From an uncultured Ignavibacteria bacterium (GTDB lineage Bacteria; Zixibacteria; MSB-5A5; WJJR01): DNA of 64,000 bases. A program made the position numbers and the translations under genes. Below the pieces are notes generated by a model, which was not told where the DNA came from, did not search any database, and saw nothing but the letters and a program-made list of their open reading frames with translations. The stretch covers positions 398,673 through 462,672 of the forward strand of contig CAYJMP010000001.1 of assembly GCA_964371625.1 (NCBI GenBank). Reading direction: 5' to 3'. Shown here one piece after another: positions 18,415 through 27,097 of this stretch. Position 1 is the first letter of the stretch. Each line of letters starts with the position of its first letter.

Positions 18415-20892
18415 ATGTCCATGAGTTCGGATCGCATTCGATTAATCGCGGCAATCATCTTACTCGGATTGCTTTCTCTTCAACCAGCCTCTGGATTGTG
18501 TGCGGAGGGGGGCAACGCACCCGACTCCACAATCAAAGCCGATCCAACCCGCGAGGTGATTGCGATCCGCCGCCTGGGGGAGTTCAAGCTCGACGGCCTC
18601 TTGGATGAGAAATTCTGGCAGGAGGCGCCCTCTGCCAACGGATTCAAACAGACCTGGCCCAAGGAGGGCCAATGCGCGAGTGAGTCGACGCTGGTCAAAC
18701 TGGCCTACGACGACGAAGCGCTCTATGTCGGCATCACCTGCTTTGACTCCAAACCCGACCAGATTCGACGCCGTCTGACCCGTCGCGACCGTTCCAGCGA
18801 AGCCGACTTCGTTCAGATCGCAATCGACTCCTATAATGATAAGCAGACGGCGTATGCCTTCAACGTAAACGCCTCCGGTGTTCAGCGCGATTTGTACATC
18901 TATAACAACAATTGGACGGATGACACTTGGGATGCAGTCTGGGAATCGAAAGTGAAAGATCTACCCCAAGGCTGGACCGTCGAAATGAAGATCCCCTATC
19001 ACTGTTTGCGATTCCCGCCGAAATCGGAACAGGAATGGGGCATCGACTTCATTCGCTACATTTCGCGCAATGATGAGACCGCGCGTTGGCAATTTGTCCC
19101 GCGAGCTGAGGCCTCAGGCGTGTCCCGCTACGGTGTGTTGCGGGGTATCCAGCAGATCGACCCACCCCGCCATCTTGAGGTGCTGCCCTACACCACCAGC
19201 AAGGTCAAAACCGAACCGAAACGACTCGGGAACCCCGATGGTCGCGAAGGGCTCCAGGACGTCGGCGCCGATTTCAAGTGGGCGATTTCGAACAACACTG
19301 TGTTGGACGCGACGATCAATCCCGATTTCGGCCAGGTTGAAGCCGATGGCACAGTACTCAATCTTGGCCGTACAGAGACATTCTACCCGGAGAAACGGCC
19401 GTTCTTCCTGGAAGGGCTTCAACTGTACGACACTCCCTTTAACCTCTTTTACTCGCGTCGCATCGGCGGCCCCACACGCAGCCCAGCCGGTGCGGCATCT
19501 GAAGACATGGTCGTCAAACAGCCCGAGGCATCGACGATACTCTATGCGGGCAAACTCTCGGGAAAGACTCACGGCGGGCTTTCGTATTCGATGGTCAATG
19601 CCATCACGACCGATGAGCATGCCGAGTATCTGGGTACCAACGACAATGGCGACACTGTGACCTTCCGTGAACGGGTCGCCGAGCGCAGCGCCGCCAACAT
19701 CGCCCGCGTAAAACAGGACTTCCTAGGCAACTCCTCCGTCGGCCTGACGTTGACCTCGTTGCTTAAAGACGAACGTGGGCCCTCTTACGCCGGAGCGGTC
19801 GACTGGTCACTGCGGACGAAGAAGAACAACTACGGTACGCGCGGACAACTTGGCGCCACCGATCCCGGATGGATGGCGCCCGGATGGGGTGTATGGCTGT
19901 TGGCCGAAAAGCTCTCCGGTAAGCACGCCCTCGGTGAAATGGGTTTCGAGTACAATGACCGTGCTTTCGACTACAACGATCTGGGGTTCATTGGACGCGC
20001 CGACTATGTCGGCGGCTGGAACTGGATGCAGTATCGGACGGAAAAGGGATTTGGCCCCATCAGTCGCACATGGAACAACTTCAACGCCTGGTACAATTGG
20101 ACAAACGCCGGTGACCGGCTGAACCTCGGCGGCAACTGGAACGGTCAGGTGCAGTTCAAGAACCTCTGGTATCTTGGCGGCGGCCATGAAGAAACCGCCG
20201 CCAGATACGATGATCGCGAGATCGGCAACGGAGTCCTTGTCCGCAATCCCGCCGCATCCTATACTTGGATCTGGGCCGAGACGGACTATCGCAAACCGAT
20301 CAGCGGCAATTTCAACTACTATTGGGGATCGGAACGTGACGGCGCGCAGAACGATTACGACCTCTTTCTTACAGTTCGTCCATCGACCAGCATGGAGTTC
20401 TCATTCGGCCCCAGCTACGGATTGAGTTGGAATTCCTCCCGCTACATCACCACGGTTGACCCCAGCCAGAGCACGCCCGGCGGCTATCTTTTCGCCGAGC
20501 AGAATGCGGAACAGTTCTCCCTCACGATGCGAGCGATCGCGACTTTCACAACAAACCTGTCCGTTCAGCTTTATGGCCAGCCGTTTATCGCCCACATCAC
20601 ACATCACAACTACAAGTACTGGAATGGCGACAACGATTACACCCAGGCGCCCGATCAATCTCTGAATGGGACCCCCGACGACCCGGATTTCTCGCTTCTG
20701 AGCTTCAATGCCAATGCGGTGATCCGGTGGGAGTATCGTCCGGGATCGACGATCTTCCTGGTCTGGTCGCAGGTTCGTGATGACTTCAGCGAGGTACCGC
20801 AATTCACCTTCCGCCGAGGTATGAATGAGCTGTTCGATCTGGGTTCTCGCAACGTCTTCATGATCAAGATGAACTATTGGTGGAATATCTGA
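18415..20892 (+). CDS. CBM9-like / DUF5916 domain protein (large secreted, probable outer-membrane)
   Basis: Signal peptide. LDGLLDEKFWQEAP...LAYDDEALYVGITCFD...DFVQIAIDSYNDKQTAYAFNVNASG is a CBM family 9-like N-domain. 825 aa. Confidence 0.6.
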   Translation: MSMSSDRIRLIAAIILLGLLSLQPASGLCAEGGNAPDSTIKADPTREVIAIRRLGEFKLDGLLDEKFWQEAPSANGFKQTWPKEGQCASESTLVKLAYDDEALYVGITCFDSKPDQIRRRLTRRDRSSEADFVQIAIDSYNDKQTAYAFNVNASGVQRDLYIYNNNWTDDTWDAVWESKVKDLPQGWTVEMKIPYHCLRFPPKSEQEWGIDFIRYISRNDETARWQFVPRAEASGVSRYGVLRGIQQIDPPRHLEVLPYTTSKVKTEPKRLGNPDGREGLQDVGADFKWAISNNTVLDATINPDFGQVEADGTVLNLGRTETFYPEKRPFFLEGLQLYDTPFNLFYSRRIGGPTRSPAGAASEDMVVKQPEASTILYAGKLSGKTHGGLSYSMVNAITTDEHAEYLGTNDNGDTVTFRERVAERSAANIARVKQDFLGNSSVGLTLTSLLKDERGPSYAGAVDWSLRTKKNNYGTRGQLGATDPGWMAPGWGVWLLAEKLSGKHALGEMGFEYNDRAFDYNDLGFIGRADYVGGWNWMQYRTEKGFGPISRTWNNFNAWYNWTNAGDRLNLGGNWNGQVQFKNLWYLGGGHEETAARYDDREIGNGVLVRNPAASYTWIWAETDYRKPISGNFNYYWGSERDGAQNDYDLFLTVRPSTSMEFSFGPSYGLSWNSSRYITTVDPSQSTPGGYLFAEQNAEQFSLTMRAIATFTTNLSVQLYGQPFIAHITHHNYKYWNGDNDYTQAPDQSLNGTPDDPDFSLLSFNANAVIRWEYRPGSTIFLVWSQVRDDFSEVPQFTFRRGMNELFDLGSRNVFMIKMNYWWNI

Positions 20893-20945
20893 TCGGCCCG
20901 CGTTTATTTCCCCGCTTCGCGATCCCGCATGCCCCAATGTAGGGC

Positions 20946-23732
20946 ATGCGGGATGCTTCACTTGGAGACAATGTCATCGTGGATATCGCCAATGGGTCGG
21001 TCCGAAGAGCAGGCTCGGCAGTAGCCTCGCCCTCCCAATTCGTTCGGTGTGGGCCAGGCTTCCGCCGAGCCTGCTGTCTCTCAACAATCGGGCTCATCGG
21101 CACCCTGCTTCTCCCTCTATTGGCAAATGCCCAACTCGGAGCGCCGAAATTGCGCAAGGCGATGACGGCCTCACGAATCCCCAATGGCGCCATGGAAATG
21201 GATGGCCGCCTTGACGAATCATTCTGGCAAACGGTTCAGATGGTTTCTGATTTCTCGCAAAAGGAACCGGATGAAGGCGAGCCGGCGCGCGAACGCACTG
21301 AGGTCGGCTTTGTGTACGATGACGACGCAATCTATGTCGGGGCACGGATGTACTCCGATCATCCGGATTCGTTACGTCTCGATGTGAACCGCCGCGACAA
21401 CCCCGGCAACAGCGAGCAGATGATTGTGTCGATCGACTCCTACCTGGACCGGCGTACCTGCTTCGATTTCGGCGTCTCGGCGGCGGGTGTTCGCACCGAC
21501 CGTTATCATGCGGCAGACGACGAATACGATCGCAACACGTCATTCAATCCGGTGTGGGATGCACACTCGCACGTCGACTCGCTGGGTTGGACCTGCGAAA
21601 TGCGGATCCCGTTTTCGCAAGTACGGTTCATTGACAGGCCCGACCAAGTCTGGGGCGTCAACATGAACCGTTGGATCCCGGCCCGAAACGAGGATGACTT
21701 CTGGGTGGCAGTTCCGCGCAACGAAACTGGCTGGTCGTCTTGGTTTGGCGAACTGCACGGAATCTCCGGTGTGAAGCCGGCTCGACGGATCGAGCTTCTC
21801 CCCTACGTGGCCAGTGATGCCCGTTTCGAATCTGGGCACGATACAGAGGATCCATACCACGACGGCAGCGACTTCGACGGCCGCGCCGGCGCTGATCTCA
21901 AGATGGGGCTGGGACCCAATCTCACTCTCGATGCCACTATCAATCCCGATTTCGGGCAAGTGGAAGCCGATCCGGCGGAGGTCAATCTCACGGCATACGA
22001 AACGGCTTTCTCGGAAAAACGTCCCTTCTTCATCGAAGGAAGCCGGCTGTTTGAAGTAGAAGGGCCGACATACTTCTATTCGCGACGGATCGGCGCGCCG
22101 CCGCGCGGCCCGGCCGGGGGTCGGTTTGTCGATTATCCCGGCAACGCGACGATTCTCGGCGCCGCCAAGATAACTGGGCGCACCTCTAAGGGGCTCTCGG
22201 TCGGCGTGTTAAGCGCCGTGACCGCCCGCAAGCACGCCAAGATATTCACGACCGATCCCAACCGGGACTCCATCGTCGAAGTCGAACCGGCGACCGGCTA
22301 CGGCGTCGCCCGCTTGCAGCAGGAATTCGGCGCCAGCCAATCGACCGCCGGGATCATGCTGACCGGCGTCAAGCGCGACCTCGATGACAACGACCCGCTC
22401 TCGTCCCTCCTGCGGCAAAACGCGGTGAGCGGCAATCTGGACTGGACTCTGAGATTCAAGGGCGGAGCTTACGATATCATTGGGTACAGCGGGTTCAGTC
22501 ACGTAGAGGGGACAAAAGCGTCGATCTTGCGCGCTCAGCTTTCGAGCGCGCGTTACTTCCAACGCCCCGATGCTGGGTACGTCGAGGTGGACACCAACGC
22601 GACCTCACTATCGGGATATACACTTGGGCTCCGCGGGGGCAAACGATCCGGCCGGCACTGGTTGTGGGGAGGCGGGTTCGCCTTTGAGTCTCCCGGTTTC
22701 GAGTTGAATGATGCCGGCATTCTCAGTCAGGCCGACGATTTTGAAGCGTGGAATCACGTCATCTATCGAGAGCAGACGCCGGGGAAACTCTTCCGTCGTT
22801 ACGAAATCCAATTATCGCAGAATTCGTTCTGGAATTACTCGGCCGTCAAGGCGCCGTCGAACGATCCTTCGCACATGCTGACCTTCGCCGAGCTCAACCT
22901 CGACGTCACATTTCGCAATTTCTGGAGCGCGCATTATTACCTCGGTTACGATTGGCCCGGTTTGAGCGACAATCTGACACGAGGCGGGCCCTTGGCTGGA
23001 ACGCCGCAGGGGATCTTCACGGAAATCTCGGCGAGCAACAACTTCACGAGCCGCACGAGCCTGTCCGCTTTTGTCTTCTATTTCAGCAACGACATCGGCA
23101 GTTGGGAGCAGACATTTGGGTTCTCGGTCGGGGGACGGGTGCGCAACCGCCTTTCCTATTCGATAGAGCCGCGCCTCAACCGCGAGGTCGACTCGCGGCA
23201 ATTTGTGACCGCGATCCATCCTTCCGAAGAGCAGGACGGCAATCCGGAGACATTCGGAAATCGCTATGTGTTCGGCAACATCTACCGATCGCAGATCTCC
23301 GCGCAGATCCGCGTGAACTATTTCTTTACACCCGATCTGAGCCTGGAATGCTACGCAGAACCATTCGCCGCCAGCGGCGAGTACCGGTCCTTCGGGGAAT
23401 TGCCTGTGCCGGGAAGCCGCGATCTCAAGGGGTATGGCGTCGACGGTCGGACAATTGCTGAAGTCGAAGACAACCTCTATGAGGTCACCGACGGCACAGA
23501 GACCTTCACGTTCTCGGCGGAGGATTTCGGAATCCAGTCATTCCGGAGTAATGTCGTGCTTCGTTGGGAGTTCCGACCCGGCAGTACGTTCTATCTCGTG
23601 TGGCAGCAGGACCGGGCCGGGTTTGAAGAACCGGGTCGGCGAGTGCGGCTGAAATCCCTGCAGGATGCGGTCTCAGCGGACGGCGTCAATCTCTTCGCAA
23701 TCAAGCTCAGCTATTGGATTCCCATCTCTTAG
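20946..23732 (+). CDS. CBM9-like / DUF5916 domain protein, tandem paralog (start uncertain)
   Basis: Same N-domain pattern (MDGRLDESFWQ...VYDDDAIYVGARMYSD...MIVSIDSYLDRRTCFDFGVSAAG). The first ~45 codons overlap a repeat element, so the true start is probably downstream. Confidence 0.6.
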   Translation: MRDASLGDNVIVDIANGSVRRAGSAVASPSQFVRCGPGFRRACCLSTIGLIGTLLLPLLANAQLGAPKLRKAMTASRIPNGAMEMDGRLDESFWQTVQMVSDFSQKEPDEGEPARERTEVGFVYDDDAIYVGARMYSDHPDSLRLDVNRRDNPGNSEQMIVSIDSYLDRRTCFDFGVSAAGVRTDRYHAADDEYDRNTSFNPVWDAHSHVDSLGWTCEMRIPFSQVRFIDRPDQVWGVNMNRWIPARNEDDFWVAVPRNETGWSSWFGELHGISGVKPARRIELLPYVASDARFESGHDTEDPYHDGSDFDGRAGADLKMGLGPNLTLDATINPDFGQVEADPAEVNLTAYETAFSEKRPFFIEGSRLFEVEGPTYFYSRRIGAPPRGPAGGRFVDYPGNATILGAAKITGRTSKGLSVGVLSAVTARKHAKIFTTDPNRDSIVEVEPATGYGVARLQQEFGASQSTAGIMLTGVKRDLDDNDPLSSLLRQNAVSGNLDWTLRFKGGAYDIIGYSGFSHVEGTKASILRAQLSSARYFQRPDAGYVEVDTNATSLSGYTLGLRGGKRSGRHWLWGGGFAFESPGFELNDAGILSQADDFEAWNHVIYREQTPGKLFRRYEIQLSQNSFWNYSAVKAPSNDPSHMLTFAELNLDVTFRNFWSAHYYLGYDWPGLSDNLTRGGPLAGTPQGIFTEISASNNFTSRTSLSAFVFYFSNDIGSWEQTFGFSVGGRVRNRLSYSIEPRLNREVDSRQFVTAIHPSEEQDGNPETFGNRYVFGNIYRSQISAQIRVNYFFTPDLSLECYAEPFAASGEYRSFGELPVPGSRDLKGYGVDGRTIAEVEDNLYEVTDGTETFTFSAEDFGIQSFRSNVVLRWEFRPGSTFYLVWQQDRAGFEEPGRRVRLKSLQDAVSADGVNLFAIKLSYWIPIS
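21007..21080. repeat. partial copy of the 3778-3919 inverted-repeat element
   Basis: GAAGAGCAGGCTCGGCAGTAGCCTCGCCCTCCC plus inverted arm GCCGAGCCTGCT. Confidence 0.65.
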
Positions 23733-23771
23733 GCCGGACACGTGCCGCGACTGCTCTGCGTTCTGCATCTT

Positions 23772-24206
23772 TTAAGCTGGGAGAATCTCAACCAGTGTGA
23801 TCTCAAAGGTCAAATCCTTACCAGCCAGCGGATGGTTGGCATCGACGGTGATCGAGGCATCCGTAACACTCGTAATCACGACGACAAAGTCGCTGCCGTC
23901 AGGCCGCTGTGAGCGCAGGCGTTCGCCGACTTGCGGATTCATCCCCGGCTCAAGCTGATCCCGTCCGACATCGATCAAGAGTTCCTGACGGTGCGGACCG
24001 TAAGCGTCGACAAAGGGAATCTTCGCGGTGCGCATTTCTCCGGGATTCATGCCTAAGACAGCGGTTTCGAATCCCGGGATCACCATTCCTTCGCCGAGTG
24101 TGACTTCGAATGGCTCTCCCCCATGCGAACTGTCAAAGACCGTGCCATCATCGAGTTTGCCGGTGTAATGCACCGTGACCGTATCGCCATTTTTCGCTTC
24201 TGCCAT
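23772..24206 (-). CDS. FKBP-type peptidyl-prolyl cis-trans isomerase (SlyD-like)
   Basis: GDTVTVHYTGKLDDGTVFDSS...VIPGFE...G. Confidence 0.8.
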   Translation of the reverse strand: MAEAKNGDTVTVHYTGKLDDGTVFDSSHGGEPFEVTLGEGMVIPGFETAVLGMNPGEMRTAKIPFVDAYGPHRQELLIDVGRDQLEPGMNPQVGERLRSQRPDGSDFVVVITSVTDASITVDANHPLAGKDLTFEITLVEILPA

Positions 24207-24340
24207 CGTTCATCCTTTCTTTCGCCGGATTCAGCCCAAGCGAAACCTACCTGTTCCAGGGGGAGAAGACAAGGCGCTTGGAGGGCAGTTGCCGACGACT
24301 ACCTGTATCCTTATCATCGCTGGGGGCAATGGAGGGTTTT

Positions 24341-25009
24341 ATGAGAAAGATCACTATCCTGGCAGCCGCGCTTTTGCTCCTGAGTCCGATCGGCGCCTTC
24401 GCTCAAAGTGGATTGGATTCGGGAATTGTTCTCATCCCGTTGCGTTCCCTTGACGAGATTCAGGGCGAAATCACAGCAGCGAAAACTCGGCTGCAGACCG
24501 CCGACGCCATGGTGGCCGTGACCGAAGGGGCTGAAAAACAGGCGCAATTACAGATCGACCCGTGGACAAAACAGATCGACCTGATCAAAGCCAAGGTGGA
24601 GGCCGCGAAGAAAGAGAAGAACGAATCGGCCAAGGTGGCCCTGGAGGCCGAGAAGGACGCACTCGAACGTCGGAAGAAACTGGCGGAAAACAACTACGAT
24701 CTCCGCAAAGCCGAGACAGATTTGGCCAGGGCCCACTCCGCATGGATCTCTGCACAAATTAAGTCCTGGGAGTTGGAGTCTGAGTTGGCCAAGAGGCGTG
24801 TCGAGCGCGAGGGCTTGGTGAAAAGCGGCACATCAGGCGTCGGTCTCGCCTCGGTCGATCAGGTCATTCGTGACCTTGAAAAGAAGGCACTCGAAGCCCA
24901 GAAGAACGAAGCCGACAAGGCCGGCGAACGCGCTGACAAAGAGAAGAACGTCGTCAGCAAGCGGCTCGCGATTCTTGAGACTCAGAGCAAAATCATGACC
25001 GGTAAGTAG
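24341..25009 (+). CDS. secreted coiled-coil protein (possibly Skp/OmpH-like)
   Basis: Signal peptide MRKITILAAALLLLSPIGAFA. K/E-rich heptad-like remainder. GGAGGG RBS. Confidence 0.45.
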   Translation: MRKITILAAALLLLSPIGAFAQSGLDSGIVLIPLRSLDEIQGEITAAKTRLQTADAMVAVTEGAEKQAQLQIDPWTKQIDLIKAKVEAAKKEKNESAKVALEAEKDALERRKKLAENNYDLRKAETDLARAHSAWISAQIKSWELESELAKRRVEREGLVKSGTSGVGLASVDQVIRDLEKKALEAQKNEADKAGERADKEKNVVSKRLAILETQSKIMTGK

Positions 25010-25065
25010 GTTCCGCGATCAGCGAATTCCTCGGGGCGATCCGGCGGATCGCCCTGCTGCCTTAT

Positions 25066-26217
25066 CTACGACAGACGCGGCGGCTCTTCCAAGATATCCA
25101 AGATTGCCCGAGCGCAGTAAATGCGATCACGACGGGCCTCGCTGGTCCGCATCAGGATTTTGGCGCGCTCGAGTTTTTCGACGGCGCGTTGGGCGGTAGT
25201 GAATGCCACGCGCAGCCGACGGGCAACACCCTTGATCGTGCAAAACGGATTCTCGGCGAGCAGATCGATGAGCTGGGCCGGGACCTTCGAGGGCGCGCCG
25301 ATGATGTGTTTGCGCCACTTGACCAGAAGCGTATTCACCCTCTCGGCGCGACTGATCGCATCCTCCGACTGACGCGCCACGCCGTTGAGAAAGTACTCCA
25401 CCCAGTCGCCCCAGCGTCCCTCTTCGGTTACGCCGCGCAGACGGTCGTAGTAGTCGCGACGGGTCGCCTCGAAGAACGCCGACAGGTACAGAAGCGGTGA
25501 CGGCAGAACTTTGCGCTCTACCAGAAAGAGAGTGATGAGTAAACGTCCGACGCGTCCGTTGCCGTCAAGAAACGGATGGATCGCTTCGAACTGGTAGTGC
25601 CCGAGGGCGATCTGCACCAGGGGCGGCATGGTACGGATGTGCATGAACTTCTCCCACGCGTCAAGCGCGGCGGCCATTTCCTGCGGCGGTGGTGGAATGT
25701 ATGTCGCATTCTCGATCTTGCTTCCCGGCGCGCCGATCCAATTCTGCGTGCGACGGAACTCTCCCGGCGTCGCCATGTTTCCGCGTACTCCGGTCATGAG
25801 CTTCTTATGAAGTTCGCGCACCAATCGCAGCGACAGAGGCAACGTCTTCAGTCGCTTAATCCCCTCTTCGAGAGCCATGACATAGTTGCCGACCTCTCGC
25901 AGATCATCGGGGCTGCGTTCGATCACCGCACCTGCTTCGGCAGCGAGGATCTCGCCCAAGGTGGCCTGTGTTCCTTCAATCCGGCTCGAGAGAACCGCCT
26001 CACGCGCGATAAACGGCCGCATCAGTAAATGCGGATTCGGCAGGCGTCTTCCCTCTCCCGCCAGACGTCCGATCAATCGGTCGGCTTCGGACAGCGCGCG
26101 GACCAACTCCGGCGTCCAAGTGATATCCGTCGGTGGCGGATCCGGGAGGAAGGCGCTGTATCCCTCTCCTAGTTTGAGAAGCCGCCCCGGACGTGTCGTT
26201 TTTGCCTTCGCTGCCAT
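25066..26217 (-). CDS. Fic family protein (AMPylation/adenylyltransferase domain)
   Basis: HPFLDGNGRVGRL matches the Fic motif HPFx[DE]GNGR. C-terminal wHTH-like tail. Confidence 0.85.
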   Translation of the reverse strand: MAAKAKTTRPGRLLKLGEGYSAFLPDPPPTDITWTPELVRALSEADRLIGRLAGEGRRLPNPHLLMRPFIAREAVLSSRIEGTQATLGEILAAEAGAVIERSPDDLREVGNYVMALEEGIKRLKTLPLSLRLVRELHKKLMTGVRGNMATPGEFRRTQNWIGAPGSKIENATYIPPPPQEMAAALDAWEKFMHIRTMPPLVQIALGHYQFEAIHPFLDGNGRVGRLLITLFLVERKVLPSPLLYLSAFFEATRRDYYDRLRGVTEEGRWGDWVEYFLNGVARQSEDAISRAERVNTLLVKWRKHIIGAPSKVPAQLIDLLAENPFCTIKGVARRLRVAFTTAQRAVEKLERAKILMRTSEARRDRIYCARAILDILEEPPRLS

Positions 26218-26235
26218 TGTCTCCCCTCAAGTCAG

Positions 26236-26320
26236 GGCGAAAATAGCCCCAACTCTTATTTTCGGAATAACATCAAAACGAAAATAGCCCGCCAGCGCTA
26301 TTTTCGCCCGCGAAAACACC
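26236..26320. promoter_or_regulatory. three copies of the GCGAAAATAGC-like half-site, two forming a perfect palindrome CGAAAATAGC-N8-GCTATTTTCG, in the Fic 5' region
   Basis: Half-site at 26238-26250 and palindrome at 26279-26306, 20-90 bp upstream of the Fic start codon. Confidence 0.45.
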
Positions 26321-26548
26321 GATGCGCTTAATTAGCGGGGTAAACGGATGCGGCACAACGTACGCTTTAAGTAATGGTCGGAAACGGTTGTGTGACGGCC
26401 TGTTCCGACGCCAGCGGATAGGGGCGCGATGAATTGTCCGATGGGCGGCAGGCTCACGCGAGGATTCCCATTGGCAAGTGTGGCACCGATGCATAGGTTT
26501 GGCACGCAAACGGAAACTGCGACCATCACCCTAATTGCGGGGGAAACG

Positions 26549-27019
26549 ATGCCTGCGAAAAAAGCGAAGCCGAAAAAGAAAGCTGTAAAGAAGGCGGTAA
26601 AGAAGCCCGCCAAGAAGAAAGTGGCCAAGAAGCCGATCAAGAAGGCGGCCAAGAAGAAAGTTGCGAAGAAAATCGTGAAGAAAGCTGCCAAGAAACCGGC
26701 GAAGAAGGTCGCGAAGAAGACGGCCCCCAAAGTAAAGAAGCCGGCAAAGGCTGCGGCGCCGAAGGGTAAACCAGTGATCTTCACGCTCGACGCGCCGTAT
26801 GGTTGGGATGTCGCCTTGGCGGGTACTTTCAATAACTGGGAACCGCGCGCGATGATCAAGGACACCGACGGCCTCTGGCGCCTCAGTGTCAATCTCACCC
26901 CTGGAACCTATCAGTATCGATTTCTCGTCGACACCGAATGGCGCGAGGATCCGGCCAATCCGAACAAGACCATAAACGAGTACGGCAGCTTTAACTCGAT
27001 CGTCGAAGTACCGAAGTGA
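26549..27019 (+). CDS. histone H1-like Lys/Ala-repeat N-terminus fused to CBM48 glycogen-binding domain
   Basis: About 75 aa of (AKK/PAKK) repeats, then GTFNNWEP...DGLWRLSVNLTPGTYQYRFLVDTEWREDPANP, an AMPK-beta/CBM48-like fold. Confidence 0.65.
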   Translation: MPAKKAKPKKKAVKKAVKKPAKKKVAKKPIKKAAKKKVAKKIVKKAAKKPAKKVAKKTAPKVKKPAKAAAPKGKPVIFTLDAPYGWDVALAGTFNNWEPRAMIKDTDGLWRLSVNLTPGTYQYRFLVDTEWREDPANPNKTINEYGSFNSIVEVPK

Positions 27020-27037
27020 TCATGCGAAACTTCAGGC

Positions 27038-27075
27038 CGGGAGCCCGACACTCCGGTCGGGCTCCCGGTTTTTAT
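27038..27075 (+). terminator. rho-independent terminator
   Basis: CCGGGAGCCCGAC-ACTC-CGGTCGGGCTCCCGG followed by TTTTTATTT. Confidence 0.8.
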
Positions 27076-27097
27076 TTGAAACCCACCAGGCCGCATT

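Noticed and set aside
19070-23461. Multiple internal ORFs within the DUF5916 genes on both strands (e.g. 19070..19660, 19114..19620, 22748..23461)
   Set aside because: They are nested in or antisense to the large, domain-supported ORFs.
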